From contig JAJFLQ010000107.1 of assembly GCA_021772615.1 (NCBI GenBank), positions 19,924 through 83,923 on the forward strand: a DNA stretch of 64,000 nucleotides, written 5' to 3'. The DNA is from Verrucomicrobiota bacterium (lineage in GTDB: Bacteria > Verrucomicrobiota > Lentisphaeria > JABSQK01 > JAJFLO01). The notes under the pieces were generated by a model, which saw nothing but the letters and a program-made list of their open reading frames with translations, had not been told where the DNA came from and did no database searches. Within the stretch, counting starts at the first letter, position 1. Each line of letters opens with the position of its first letter. Both the position numbers and the translations under genes were made by a program. Of the stretch, positions 18,024 through 27,799 are shown piece after piece.

Positions 18024-18186
18024 ATGTTGTCACTCGCACGCGTCGGCGTGCAGCAGAGAACAGAAACGCGGCTGTCAAACGTCCCTGTGATTTGTCGAGA
18101 CGTTCCGCTATCGCGGAGCAGTCTCGGTCAACGGATGGTTCATCTATCATTGGTATCGCGATGCGTCGCGCTGACGACGCCGGCAG

Positions 18187-18756
18187 CTATGGCCGATCGT
18201 CTCGTGAAGCGGCGGCGCCGTCCGGCGACGCCGGCGCAACCGCAGCGGACGATGTCGGTCGTCCTGGCGGTGGTTTGTATAGCGTAACCAGCAGTCCGCC
18301 GAGAGCTGCCAGAATAATCCCGACAAAGAATAATGGCCGAATCGCGCCTATACCGCCTGCAGGAGGGTGAAGTGCGAGCGCAACGAGTGCGTTCACAATA
18401 GGCGCACCTGCAAATATGATGGACATGACGACGCTTGGCGCGCCGCCCGCGCCAAAGGCAAGCAGCACGCAGAACGCACCAGCTGCGCCAACGATCCCCG
18501 CAATGAGTGAAAATGTCATACCCCGGCCGGGAAACGACCAGGAGGCGCCCTTATACAGAAGAATCGCGAGCGGCGCCAGAACGGCTGTTAAGAAGTACGC
18601 GATCCCAACAAACAGAAATGCCTTGTAGCGGCCGGTAGCGGCGTCAGACATGCCGAGTTGCCCGCTATGAAGAAAAATACCGTATAACCCCCAAAAACAT
18701 ACGGTCAACACAGCGTAGCCAAGCCACAAAAGCCCGGCTGGATTATTGCTACCCAT
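18187..18756 (-). CDS. small multi-pass membrane protein (DMT/EamA-like half-transporter, tentative)
   Basis: 189 aa, about 5 TM helices, and a Pro/Ala-rich tail. It overlaps the upstream GT4 gene by 8 nt. Confidence 0.65.
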   Translation of the reverse strand: MGSNNPAGLLWLGYAVLTVCFWGLYGIFLHSGQLGMSDAATGRYKAFLFVGIAYFLTAVLAPLAILLYKGASWSFPGRGMTFSLIAGIVGAAGAFCVLLAFGAGGAPSVVMSIIFAGAPIVNALVALALHPPAGGIGAIRPLFFVGIILAALGGLLVTLYKPPPGRPTSSAAVAPASPDGAAASRDDRP

Positions 18757-20065
18757 GATCCTGTCTCCTGTTTTGTTCGTTTGTCGCCGTTACCGACTCC
18801 AGAACAGTCAAAAACCGCTTCGTCATATGATCTTGGCCGAACTGCGCCATCACAACGTTGCGTCCACGTTCGCCGAGCATGCGTACTCGCTCCGGGTCGG
18901 CAATCAATGCGGCCAATGCGTCGGCCAACCCATCTGGGCCCTCGGCATCATACATTACACCGCCGCCGGTCGATTCGATCAGTTCCGGGAACGCGGCATG
19001 GCGCGGTTGCACAACGGGCACGCCCGCAGCCAGCGCCTCAAGAATATAGAGCCCGAAGGCTTCTCCGTATACCGCAGGCACCGACAACACGGAGATACTG
19101 CGTAAGAATTCGAGCTTCTGGTCCCGGTTGATATTTGGCAGAAAATCTACACAATCCCGGCATTCTGCCTCGACAAGCTTACGATCGAGTCCGTCCACGA
19201 ATGACCGGTCCGCAGGCGTGAGGCTCCCTGCAATACGCAATCGCAGACCCGATTTCGGCCGTTGCATGTGCATCCGGATAAACGCGTCAACCAACGTTTC
19301 CAGCCCCTTTCCAGGGATCATCTGAGCAAGGTAGCCGATCACTGGCGGATATGACGAATGCACGATGTCGCTAAATCCCTGAAGGTCAATACCATTGTGA
19401 ACCACGATCAGCTTATCCGACGGAATCGTGACGGCTGCCTGCATGACCGCACCATAGTATCGGCTTACCGCAACGTATGCGGATATATCGGCTACCGATT
19501 GCCGCAATAGCTGCCATGCCTGTTCCCGGTACGGCTGCGGCAAGGTATTGATGAATGAATCTTCGCCTTGCAGCGAGCACACGACAGGCACCCCGAAAGC
19601 TGCCGACAGTGGCGCCGACAAGCCGGACAAGAGTGCGTTGGAGAGGCAGATTACGTCCGGCGGCGCCTGTGTGGCTATCCAGTCGATTAGCTTCCCAACC
19701 TCTTTGAACTGCCGGCCACGCTGCCCCTTCAACGTCGAAACAGTAAGTTCGCCCAGGGCCGCAGGTTTTGTGAAACCGGCGCTGTTCGCCGCGATTCGCA
19801 ACAATGCGCTTGAATCGAAGATGGCATCCACCCAGTCGGGCGTTCTCCGAAATACCGACGAGATCTGCTGCAGGTAAACATTGATGCCGCCAAAAAACAA
19901 CGGCCCCTCACCTTCAACCGGCGCTTCGGTGACAAGCGGAAGGTACAACGGGACCACCGTGGTGTCGTGACCGGCGTCCCTCAGCCCTCGTGCGAGCGCA
20001 TGGTCGCGCAGGCAGGTGCCGCAGTAGAAATTACCAGTGCCTGCGATGATGTACAGGATATTCAT
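18749..20065 (-). CDS. glycosyltransferase family 4 (GT-B, retaining)
   Basis: EX7E-type motif (GEAFGLYILEALAAGVPVV) and the N-terminal GT4 pattern (GTGNFYCGT). Confidence 0.9.
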   Translation of the reverse strand: MNILYIIAGTGNFYCGTCLRDHALARGLRDAGHDTTVVPLYLPLVTEAPVEGEGPLFFGGINVYLQQISSVFRRTPDWVDAIFDSSALLRIAANSAGFTKPAALGELTVSTLKGQRGRQFKEVGKLIDWIATQAPPDVICLSNALLSGLSAPLSAAFGVPVVCSLQGEDSFINTLPQPYREQAWQLLRQSVADISAYVAVSRYYGAVMQAAVTIPSDKLIVVHNGIDLQGFSDIVHSSYPPVIGYLAQMIPGKGLETLVDAFIRMHMQRPKSGLRLRIAGSLTPADRSFVDGLDRKLVEAECRDCVDFLPNINRDQKLEFLRSISVLSVPAVYGEAFGLYILEALAAGVPVVQPRHAAFPELIESTGGGVMYDAEGPDGLADALAALIADPERVRMLGERGRNVVMAQFGQDHMTKRFLTVLESVTATNEQNRRQDHG

Positions 20066-20125
20066 TTATCAATTCATGCATACTGTTGAATGATCGATCA
20101 TGACGGGAGCTGTAATGGGACACAA

Positions 20126-21514
20126 TTAGCGTGCCGAGGCCCCCAGCGTTCGGCTCGGATCAGCGGCATAGCGAAGTATCCGCTTCAAGTTTCGCTTCAG
20201 CAACGGTGTAACGTCGAGCCCGGCCGCGATGGTATTTAGCGGTAATGCATGCGCTATGGACTGTAGTTCCACCAGGGTTTTTGCCCGAATAATGTCCATC
20301 AGAAACACAGGTTCCGCAGCATACGCTTCGGCGAAGGCTTCGACCGAAAGCTGGTCATCGGTCAAAAACCGCGAGATAGATATACGACCGCCATCATCCT
20401 CTGTCCATCCCCAACCGGCCAATAATCCTTCGATTCGGCTTATGTCGTCCTCCTCGATTCGCGAGGCATCACGAAGCACCCGGCTCAACTCACGCATCAA
20501 CCGCTCGCGTGGTCGCAGTTCCCGCACGGCTGCACGCCCTTGATCCAGGTTGTGTCTCGCCAGTGTGTCTGCAAACGCAGCGCGAGAGAGACATCCTCGC
20601 ATGTACGCCAGTGTTGCGTCGGGAGAACCAGCAAAACAAAGCGTCGCAAGGGCGCTTTGCACAGGATATTGCACGGTGCCCGACATTGCCCTACGCATGC
20701 GTTTGCTGCCGATCCGCGCGGCAAAGTGCGCGGCCCAAAGTTCTGCGACAACCTCGTTGAATCCCTCCCACCAGATATTTTCCAGCAAATTACGGATTCC
20801 CGGCGGCGGTAACAGGTGGTGCCAGATTTCGTGCTCCACGGTATCCCAAAACACAATCGGTGATGCTAAAAGGGCATTCATGTTCACCAGAATGGCATGA
20901 TGGTCGGCCACATATACCGCGGCAGTCGTGTGGTACCCGTCCCGGTTAAAGTGGCGTAGCCGAAACCGCAGCGGCTGCAGCAAACGCGTTGTGACCCCCG
21001 ACAACCCATGGCACGGATCCGCCAACGGCCGCAGTATAGTCCCGTCTCGCCCCGGCGACAGCACAGCAGCAACCGACGCGGGAAAATGCTCCGTGAATTG
21101 GTTGAGGTACGCTTGTGTTTCGCGGATGAACCGAAGCCGCCTCCGATAGGACAGCGCCAGAAAGTCACGGCCTGCCATCAATTGTCGATAGGCCCGGTAA
21201 TTTTCACGGTCCGAGCGCGGCGTAGTGTCGTCGAGTGTGACTTCCCCCCCGTTGTCCGCCAGCCACCTGTCCAACTCGCGCTGACGCTTCAACGTGGCGT
21301 CACGTGCGACTCTGTTCTCCTTTTTGGTCAGTGGGTCAATCTCGGCTGCACGGTACAGCAGCGTGATCATCTCGCGGCTCACACCGCTAGCAAAAACAAC
21401 GGCCGCGTCGTCAAACGCGTTGGCGCCGACGTTGGTCGCAATAAGCACGGCAATGACAACAAGCCGACCGGCCGACCGGTGTCTTTGCGCGGCAAAAAAC
21501 AGCCCTGGCTTCAT
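20126..21514 (-). CDS. membrane-anchored protein with HExxH motif (putative zinc metallopeptidase-like), unknown family
   Basis: N-terminal TM and a single HEIWHH motif. Start chosen at the ATG at 21514, which forms an ATGA overlap with the upstream stop; the track start is 21538. Confidence 0.6.
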   Translation of the reverse strand: MKPGLFFAAQRHRSAGRLVVIAVLIATNVGANAFDDAAVVFASGVSREMITLLYRAAEIDPLTKKENRVARDATLKRQRELDRWLADNGGEVTLDDTTPRSDRENYRAYRQLMAGRDFLALSYRRRLRFIRETQAYLNQFTEHFPASVAAVLSPGRDGTILRPLADPCHGLSGVTTRLLQPLRFRLRHFNRDGYHTTAAVYVADHHAILVNMNALLASPIVFWDTVEHEIWHHLLPPPGIRNLLENIWWEGFNEVVAELWAAHFAARIGSKRMRRAMSGTVQYPVQSALATLCFAGSPDATLAYMRGCLSRAAFADTLARHNLDQGRAAVRELRPRERLMRELSRVLRDASRIEEDDISRIEGLLAGWGWTEDDGGRISISRFLTDDQLSVEAFAEAYAAEPVFLMDIIRAKTLVELQSIAHALPLNTIAAGLDVTPLLKRNLKRILRYAADPSRTLGASAR

Positions 21515-22077
21515 TCCGCGTAAACCCGATTGTCCCACACTTCAATAAGCGACCCCGTTCCGTCATCCCCGATCTTAATGTGGAGATTACGTTTTACCGA
21601 CGGGTTGATGTCCTGGGCGTATATCAAGATGACATAAGGGCTGCGCACCTCATCGGCGTAGTCCCCGCCGACAACCGGAATCGACCATTGCCACAACGAC
21701 GCGACAATGTCTTCTTTCGAAAAACGATGGTCGCGCTGCATCAGCAATTTTTCCAGATGCGATGAAGGTAGCTCCATCTTGCCGCCCCAAATGTCGAGCG
21801 CGTCGAGACGCTTACGACACCAGTTGTTCACTGCTGTTCGGCCCTCGGTGGTTCGAAAGCGGTAGTAGCGGCACGGCTGAACATAGTTCAGCCAGATTTG
21901 CGACTGCTCGCGGGTCCACTCCTCCTTATGCGGAATATCGGCCGGAATACGGAGGTACTTTATGCCCGCAGGTATGCACAACACGCAGAGGCCAACCGCG
22001 ATAATTACCACGGAATAATTCAGCTTTGAATGTTTAAATCGTAATCTCATTGTCGTATCATACATCCACGTAAACAT
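21511..22077 (-). CDS. membrane-anchored hypothetical protein
   Basis: 188 aa with an N-terminal TM helix. It is translationally coupled (ATGA) to the HExxH gene. No family recognised. Confidence 0.55.
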   Translation of the reverse strand: MFTWMYDTTMRLRFKHSKLNYSVVIIAVGLCVLCIPAGIKYLRIPADIPHKEEWTREQSQIWLNYVQPCRYYRFRTTEGRTAVNNWCRKRLDALDIWGGKMELPSSHLEKLLMQRDHRFSKEDIVASLWQWSIPVVGGDYADEVRSPYVILIYAQDINPSVKRNLHIKIGDDGTGSLIEVWDNRVYAE

Positions 22078-22229
22078 ACATCGACTCGAATCGCTATCAT
22101 GTCATACGACGGCAACGGTCGAATCTCCGGGGTTGCGGCGACGAGCGACGTTAAGCAATTCTTCAATACCAGCATGCTCCTACGCCTTCGCAGGGCAGCT
22201 GTTCAGGGTCAACTTACAGGTCAGACTTC

Positions 22230-22658
22230 ATGCATTGCTCCCAACAGTCCATACAGCTATCGCCGCGTCCCAGAGGCTTCCATCTTATTACCGACGAGAT
22301 AACAAAGCAAATTCCGGACCTGGCCCGGATCGCCGTCGGCACCGGTCACATCTTCATCTGTCATACGTCCGCTTCACTGACAATCAATGAAAATGCGTCG
22401 GCGGATGTTCGTCTTGACATGGAGCAACATTTCTCCCGTTCAGTGCCTGAGGTCGATGGCCGTTACCAGCACTGGATTGAAGGTCCGGATGATATGCCGG
22501 CCCACATCAAAGCCGCAATTCTAGGCAGCAGCGTGACCGTACCGATCACCAACGGCGCATTCAATCTCGGGGTCTGGCAAGGCATTTACCTGTGCGAGCA
22601 CCGTAACGAGGCGGGCCCAAGGAAACTGATTGTGACCCTGAACGGCAAACTGAAGTAA
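22230..22658 (+). CDS. yjbQ: YjbQ/UPF0047 family protein (secondary thiamine-phosphate synthase)
   Basis: Family pattern present: HTSASLTINENASADV ... DDMPAHIKAAILGSSVTVPI ... LGVWQGIYLCEHR. Confidence 0.9.
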   Translation: MHCSQQSIQLSPRPRGFHLITDEITKQIPDLARIAVGTGHIFICHTSASLTINENASADVRLDMEQHFSRSVPEVDGRYQHWIEGPDDMPAHIKAAILGSSVTVPITNGAFNLGVWQGIYLCEHRNEAGPRKLIVTLNGKLK

Positions 22659-22685
22659 GGGTCGCGACGCGGTTGTATGAATGAA

Positions 22686-23276
22686 TCAGGTTAGAACATC
22701 GCAGTGTCGGAAACAATCCACAACATGATCATTGACCATCCCAGTCGCCTGCATGTGCGCGTAGCATATTGTCGACCCGACAAATTTAAATCCGCGTTTA
22801 CGCAGGTCCTTGCTTAGCGCATCCGACTCGCGGCTGGTGCTCGGATAATCTCTCAGAGTTCTAAAGGCATTTATGATGGGACAACCGTCTACAAAACGCC
22901 AGATATAGGCATCGAACGTCCCGAACTCACACTGTACCTGGAGAAATTTTCGGGCGTTGTTGACCGCAGCGTGAATCTTCAACCGGTTACGAATGATTCC
23001 GGCATCCTGCAATAATTGGTGCAGCCTGTCATCGTCGTACGCACTGATTTTGACTGGGTCGAAGTCGTCAAACAGGCGACGGTAATTCTCTCTCTTACGC
23101 AACACAGTATACCAACTCAGACCTGCCTGCATAGATTCGAGCAGCAAGAACTCGAAAATCTTGCGGTCATCATGAACCGGCACACCCCATTCCGTATCAT
23201 GGTACGCTACATAATCCGGCTTCGAGAGGTCAACCCACGGACATCGATGTTTGTGGGATATAGTCGCTTGCGTCAT
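22686..23276 (-). CDS. tag: DNA-3-methyladenine glycosylase I
   Basis: Tag pattern present: YHDTEWGVPVHDDRKIFEFLLLESMQAGLSW ... ICYAHMQATGMVNDH. Confidence 0.95.
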   Translation of the reverse strand: MTQATISHKHRCPWVDLSKPDYVAYHDTEWGVPVHDDRKIFEFLLLESMQAGLSWYTVLRKRENYRRLFDDFDPVKISAYDDDRLHQLLQDAGIIRNRLKIHAAVNNARKFLQVQCEFGTFDAYIWRFVDGCPIINAFRTLRDYPSTSRESDALSKDLRKRGFKFVGSTICYAHMQATGMVNDHVVDCFRHCDVLT

Positions 23277-23279
23277 CAG

Positions 23280-23516
23280 TCATACCCTCCTGTTGTTGGT
23301 CGCAGCATCAATTTCTACCGCCTGCGACGGGCTCAACCCGGATGATGTTACATTGATCTCATCAAGCGCACCGAGATCGGCATCGAAAGGCCGGGTTGCC
23401 GCGATTTCTAGCATAACTTGTGTATGTGGCCGTTGCCCGTGGTCAGGAACGGTCATACGGATGTCAACGGCAGATGACGACCGTATTCGGTAATACTGGC
23501 GGTATTCATGAGTCAC
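23280..23516 (-). CDS. possible small protein (78 aa), unknown function
   Basis: It fills the gap between the Stf0-like gene and tag exactly. Its GTG start overlaps the upstream TGA (GTGA), and its stop lies 3 nt before the tag ATG. No recognisable motifs. Confidence 0.3.
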   Translation of the reverse strand: MTHEYRQYYRIRSSSAVDIRMTVPDHGQRPHTQVMLEIAATRPFDADLGALDEINVTSSGLSPSQAVEIDAATNNRRV

Positions 23517-24256
23517 CGACCTTCCTTTTGTTGACGACGATATCGCATCACCCAGTCCTCGTTTACATCGTCACTCTGCCGGCAAAAATAACTCCCGGCC
23601 TTTACAGCACTCGGCACAGGAATGTTCAGGTAGCGAAGGACCGCTGCTACCGATGCATCCACGTCGGCGACAAGTGCCTCGTAAGTGAGCCGATAGGGAG
23701 TGATCCTGTTCGAGTCGAAATAATACTGCCACCCGCGATTGCCGGCCGCTATCATATTTCGGAATCGGCGTATACGCCGCGCGTCGAAACGATACGTGCC
23801 GGTGTAGGCCGCTTGGCGCCGGGAGTCCCACGCATTGCTATCTGTCGCCTTGACCCAGGAAACCGCCTGCCTCAGGGAATCCGCACGGGTCAACCAAATA
23901 TAACGTGTGTTCGATGGCAAGAATTGGTGCAGACCCGCAATCGTTACCTCACGGTGATGGGTGTACGCTGTTATTGCCCCGGCAAGATCGTCCAATTGTT
24001 GCCACATCACCTTGAAACCGCCAACGCCGTTCACGGTTTGCGAGGTAGTAAAAAGGTGCTCAAAGTAGTCCCGAAGGTTCATCGCCTGCCACAGATCCGT
24101 GTTCGGCGGCGTCGCCGCATTTTGGAGTAATTCGTGCGCGGCGGGATGGTCGCCGTATTGCATGCCGGCAATACCGGTGTCAGTCAGAATCGAGCACAAA
24201 TAGGAGCTACCTGTTCGCGGCGTCGTACAAATCAAATAATATACTCGCTGTTTCAT
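23513..24256 (-). CDS. Stf0-type sulfotransferase
   Basis: N-terminal PAPS-binding loop (CTTPRTGSSYLCSIL), the later RADSLRQAVSWVKA pattern, and a ~250-aa length typical of the Stf0 family. Confidence 0.8.
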   Translation of the reverse strand: MKQRVYYLICTTPRTGSSYLCSILTDTGIAGMQYGDHPAAHELLQNAATPPNTDLWQAMNLRDYFEHLFTTSQTVNGVGGFKVMWQQLDDLAGAITAYTHHREVTIAGLHQFLPSNTRYIWLTRADSLRQAVSWVKATDSNAWDSRRQAAYTGTYRFDARRIRRFRNMIAAGNRGWQYYFDSNRITPYRLTYEALVADVDASVAAVLRYLNIPVPSAVKAGSYFCRQSDDVNEDWVMRYRRQQKEGR

Positions 24257-24340
24257 TCGGACACGTTATCGTCCATCCAAGTGAATCTTGGCACGTACGA
24301 CCAATTTTCAACACAAGATTTCTTAACTCGAAGGTGGGCT

Positions 24341-25306
24341 ATGCTTCCCAATTTTCTCGGAATCGGTGCGCATCGTTGCGGAACCAGTTCGCTGCATAAT
24401 TATCTCGGCCAGCATCCCGATATTTTCCTCGCCAGGAAGGAGCCGAGATATTTCGCATTCAAGGACGTTTTTGCAGACAGCGTCACGGAAAGTACGTTGC
24501 TGCCACCCGAAGGATGCACGACGGCAAACAGCCTTCCGTTCGAACCACGTCGATTCTCATCTCTTGCGCCACGGTCCGTTACGACGATGGACGCATACCA
24601 GCAACTATTCAAATATGTGGCGAACGAAAAAGCGATCGGCGAGATTTCTCCGATTTATCTGTACCATCCCTATGCCCACTGGCATATCCGCAAGACCCTC
24701 CCGGACGCGCGACTCATCGTCTCACTGAGAAACCCGGTCGACCGAGCGTACAGCCACGCGGTACGTACGGCTGTAACATCCGGCCGCTGGCACCACCTGC
24801 CAGTGCCGGCGGGGGCCATGACGCCGACCACGATGGCTCAGGAATGGTCTGACGACTATTTCGTCTTTCGCGGACTGTATCACGATCAACTGAAACCATA
24901 CTACGATGTCTTTCCACACGAAAACATAAAAGTCTACCTGTTCGAATCGTTTCGCAGCAATCCCATTGGTGTGATGCAGGACCTATATCGCTTTCTCGGC
25001 GTGAATGACACGTTCGTACCGGAGGTTTCGCAGATACTCAATCGCAGTGGCGTACCTCGGAATCAGCGCTGGTTCACCGTGTTGAACACCACACACCGCT
25101 GGCTCCGGCGCCATCAGAAAATCCTACCCAAGTCCGTGTTGGCGGCCCTGCGTTCGCGGCTGCACGAGCTACTGCTCAAAAACCTTAAACCGTCGCCACC
25201 CCTACCTGCCGAACTTCGCTGCCTGCTGACGCCGGTCTTTCGCGACGACATACTAAAATTGCAGGATCTGGTACAGCTGGATCTTTCATGCTGGCTGCAG
25301 TATTAA
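24341..25306 (+). CDS. sulfotransferase (Sulfotransfer_1/3-like)
   Basis: 5'-PSB loop (GAHRCGTSSLHNYL) and 3'-PB-like segment (VSLRNPVDRAYSH). ATG at 24341 is preceded by AAGGTGG. The track ORF start at 24134 overlaps the neighbouring gene. Confidence 0.85.
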   Translation: MLPNFLGIGAHRCGTSSLHNYLGQHPDIFLARKEPRYFAFKDVFADSVTESTLLPPEGCTTANSLPFEPRRFSSLAPRSVTTMDAYQQLFKYVANEKAIGEISPIYLYHPYAHWHIRKTLPDARLIVSLRNPVDRAYSHAVRTAVTSGRWHHLPVPAGAMTPTTMAQEWSDDYFVFRGLYHDQLKPYYDVFPHENIKVYLFESFRSNPIGVMQDLYRFLGVNDTFVPEVSQILNRSGVPRNQRWFTVLNTTHRWLRRHQKILPKSVLAALRSRLHELLLKNLKPSPPLPAELRCLLTPVFRDDILKLQDLVQLDLSCWLQY

Positions 25307-25375
25307 TGGGCCATCACTTGATTTCTGCAGACGGGATAATAAATGGGGCCAAACCACACAGAACCGTCGCTTCCA

Positions 25376-26116
25376 TCAATCGACAACCAGGAAGCAGGCA
25401 TACGGAGTGGGTTCCAGAATCCGGCAAATCTCGTCATAATTCGCAACGACGTCCCGTTGAGGTTTGGTGACGATTTTCCGGAACTCGCTACAGCCGTCCC
25501 AATGGTGGCGCCGATGCGTCAGTAGAGACGTCAGCCGGCCCATTTCACCCGCGACATTGGCCCGCAACGCGTCATACGTTATCGCGACAACGCGGTTCGG
25601 CAGAAGCCTGCAAAGCACCTTGAAGTTTCGCAGTCTCCGTTGATGTCTACGAATTCTGCGAACAAGTGTTTTGGGATTCAAATAGATTGATTCGACCTCG
25701 ATCGTCTGCCGGGTGCTCCACTGGTTTGTCTCTCTGGCTACCGTCATCGATATGATCACATCGAGCGTATTCTCGCGCATAAGATGAATGATCACGTATC
25801 GGTCGCGAACGAATTTTAACAGGATCTCCGGGTACATCACGAGCTGGTTGTACATCAGCTTGAAACCTACAGGCCCGCCATCCCGCGACGCCGACGCAAC
25901 GAGATCCAGGTATCGCAGAACGCGCCAGGGTCGACAACAGTCTCCGACTTCCACGCAATACGCGTAATGCGCCGGCGTCGTCTCGCGCCGACTGCCGGGA
26001 TTCAATGGTTTATTGAACAACTCGGGAAATATCGTAATACCGGGAATCTTCGCGATGAGGTCCAACAACCATGTGGACCCGCTTCGTTGTGTCGACAACA
26101 GGCAAAATCGTGTCAT
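25376..26116 (-). CDS. sulfotransferase family protein (Stf0-like)
   Basis: N-terminal loop LSTQRSGSTWLLDLI, then HLMRENTLDVIISMTVA. 246 aa. Confidence 0.7.
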   Translation of the reverse strand: MTRFCLLSTQRSGSTWLLDLIAKIPGITIFPELFNKPLNPGSRRETTPAHYAYCVEVGDCCRPWRVLRYLDLVASASRDGGPVGFKLMYNQLVMYPEILLKFVRDRYVIIHLMRENTLDVIISMTVARETNQWSTRQTIEVESIYLNPKTLVRRIRRHQRRLRNFKVLCRLLPNRVVAITYDALRANVAGEMGRLTSLLTHRRHHWDGCSEFRKIVTKPQRDVVANYDEICRILEPTPYACFLVVD

Positions 26117-26204
26117 TACATCGCCTCAGGCATTCGTATGATCAACCGCAGGCGGTGCGTGCCGGCGGTAAAACACGACCTGTTTCTTTCACGTCTGTTG
26201 GCTG

Positions 26205-27572
26205 TCAGATTGGCACGATCCAGTCGTCTGGATTGCAGCTCGGCCGTAACATCAGTTTAATGCGCCTGCGAAGTCGATCGGGTATCGCCAACACCAGCGG
26301 CCTTATACCGCGTCGAACCATTTTGCTGCTTGACCGTGCATACCGCAGGATCCGCCGCCCGTAGCGCGTCCCAAGAAATAGCTTGACCAACCACATCTCC
26401 AAAACTCGCTGTGCACGTATGGGACGTAAACAAGGCGACGGTCGAATCGAATCGCCTGCGGGCCTGGCATAGCGACCGGCTGCAAGATCGCCTTCGGCCT
26501 GCGCGAAAACACGCTGGTATGCATCGATCATGAGGTCGGTGTGGTACCCTTCATTCACCATCGCGTGTGCTCGTTCGCCCATCACCTGCAAGGCCATACG
26601 ATCGTGATACAGCGCAGCAATGCGATCGGCAAATGCTGCCGTATCGCCAACAGAAACGCGATAACCGTTGTCACCATCGATCACAAGCTGACGCACACCG
26701 CTGGGTATATCGCATACGATCGGTACGCAACCGCAGGCCATTGCCTCAAGCAGGCACAATGGCATGCCCTCGAACTCTGCAGGCAACACCACGATGTCGT
26801 GCGACCGATACAATTCATCAAGCTGCCGCGGACCGACTATTCCTGTAAATGTGACGGCACCGCAAGCGACCAAATCAAGCGACCGGTGTTTCAGCTGCGC
26901 CTCATCATCGCCACTGCCGCAAATGGTAAGCGTTGCCCGCATATCGCAACGCTGTAGCGCACGCATGATTTCCGGTAGGTCGAGAACACGTTTCTGGTAC
27001 TGCTGCAATCGGCCGGCATATATCAAACGGATCGGCCGGTCGGTGGCACGACACCTGCGACGCGGCATGCTCGGGACCGGGATGCAGTTCGGGATCACAT
27101 GCACACGTTCGGCGACCTCTGCGTTTGCCGCAACAACACGGTCACGGATATGATCACTTACTGCGACGATCGCATTCCAGTATCGCCCAAGTCGATGAAC
27201 ATGCTCGTAATGAAGGGGATCGTCGCTCTGTACCGTACCGGCAACAATCACATCGCGTGACAACATAGAACTCACGCACGAATACGCATAGTCATATTGC
27301 GGAATGTATGTGCACGGCGCATGCGCTTCCAGAACCGAACGAAAATAATTCCAGCGATCCGGCCAGGTGCGAAACGGGCGCATATCCAGAATCTCGGTTT
27401 TAATGTCCTCTGGATCTTCAAGCGCCGTCGAGCAATGCGCATAGCCGTTCGTGACGACGACTTTTGCATTGACACCGGTAGCAGTCAGCCCTCGAAGCAG
27501 ATGGACGGCTTGCGTATTGCAACCGCTGAGCTCCCAATTGGGCGTTGATAGTATTACTGTTCGTTGTCGCAC
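26205..27572 (-). CDS. glycosyltransferase family 4 with basic C-terminal extension
   Basis: GT-B motif (AEFEGMPLCLLEAMACGCVPIV) plus about 80 extra Arg-rich residues at the C-terminus. Confidence 0.85.
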   Translation of the reverse strand: MRQRTVILSTPNWELSGCNTQAVHLLRGLTATGVNAKVVVTNGYAHCSTALEDPEDIKTEILDMRPFRTWPDRWNYFRSVLEAHAPCTYIPQYDYAYSCVSSMLSRDVIVAGTVQSDDPLHYEHVHRLGRYWNAIVAVSDHIRDRVVAANAEVAERVHVIPNCIPVPSMPRRRCRATDRPIRLIYAGRLQQYQKRVLDLPEIMRALQRCDMRATLTICGSGDDEAQLKHRSLDLVACGAVTFTGIVGPRQLDELYRSHDIVVLPAEFEGMPLCLLEAMACGCVPIVCDIPSGVRQLVIDGDNGYRVSVGDTAAFADRIAALYHDRMALQVMGERAHAMVNEGYHTDLMIDAYQRVFAQAEGDLAAGRYARPAGDSIRPSPCLRPIRAQRVLEMWLVKLFLGTRYGRRILRYARSSSKMVRRGIRPLVLAIPDRLRRRIKLMLRPSCNPDDWIVPI

Positions 27573-27799
27573 TGTACGGGCGGTCCCTTCTACACCAGCG
27601 GCACAGGTACTTGTCGCCGGTAAGCTTCAATGTCGATATACGAAACATCACAGCAAAACTGTAAACGGAGTGTATTCAAACAACTGCGGCGACAATAGCG
27701 CGAAGCCTTCCCGTTGTGTAGCTATGATAAGTGGCTATATTGGTTGGAGCTGAACACGTCGTTGATTCCGTCTGCCTCCAACGCCGTAGGGCCAGGAGA

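Noticed and set aside
24134-24340. A 69-codon N-terminal extension of the sulfotransferase ORF.
   Set aside because: It overlaps the divergent Stf0-like gene start. The ATG at 24341 has an upstream AAGGTGG and begins right at the PAPS-binding loop.
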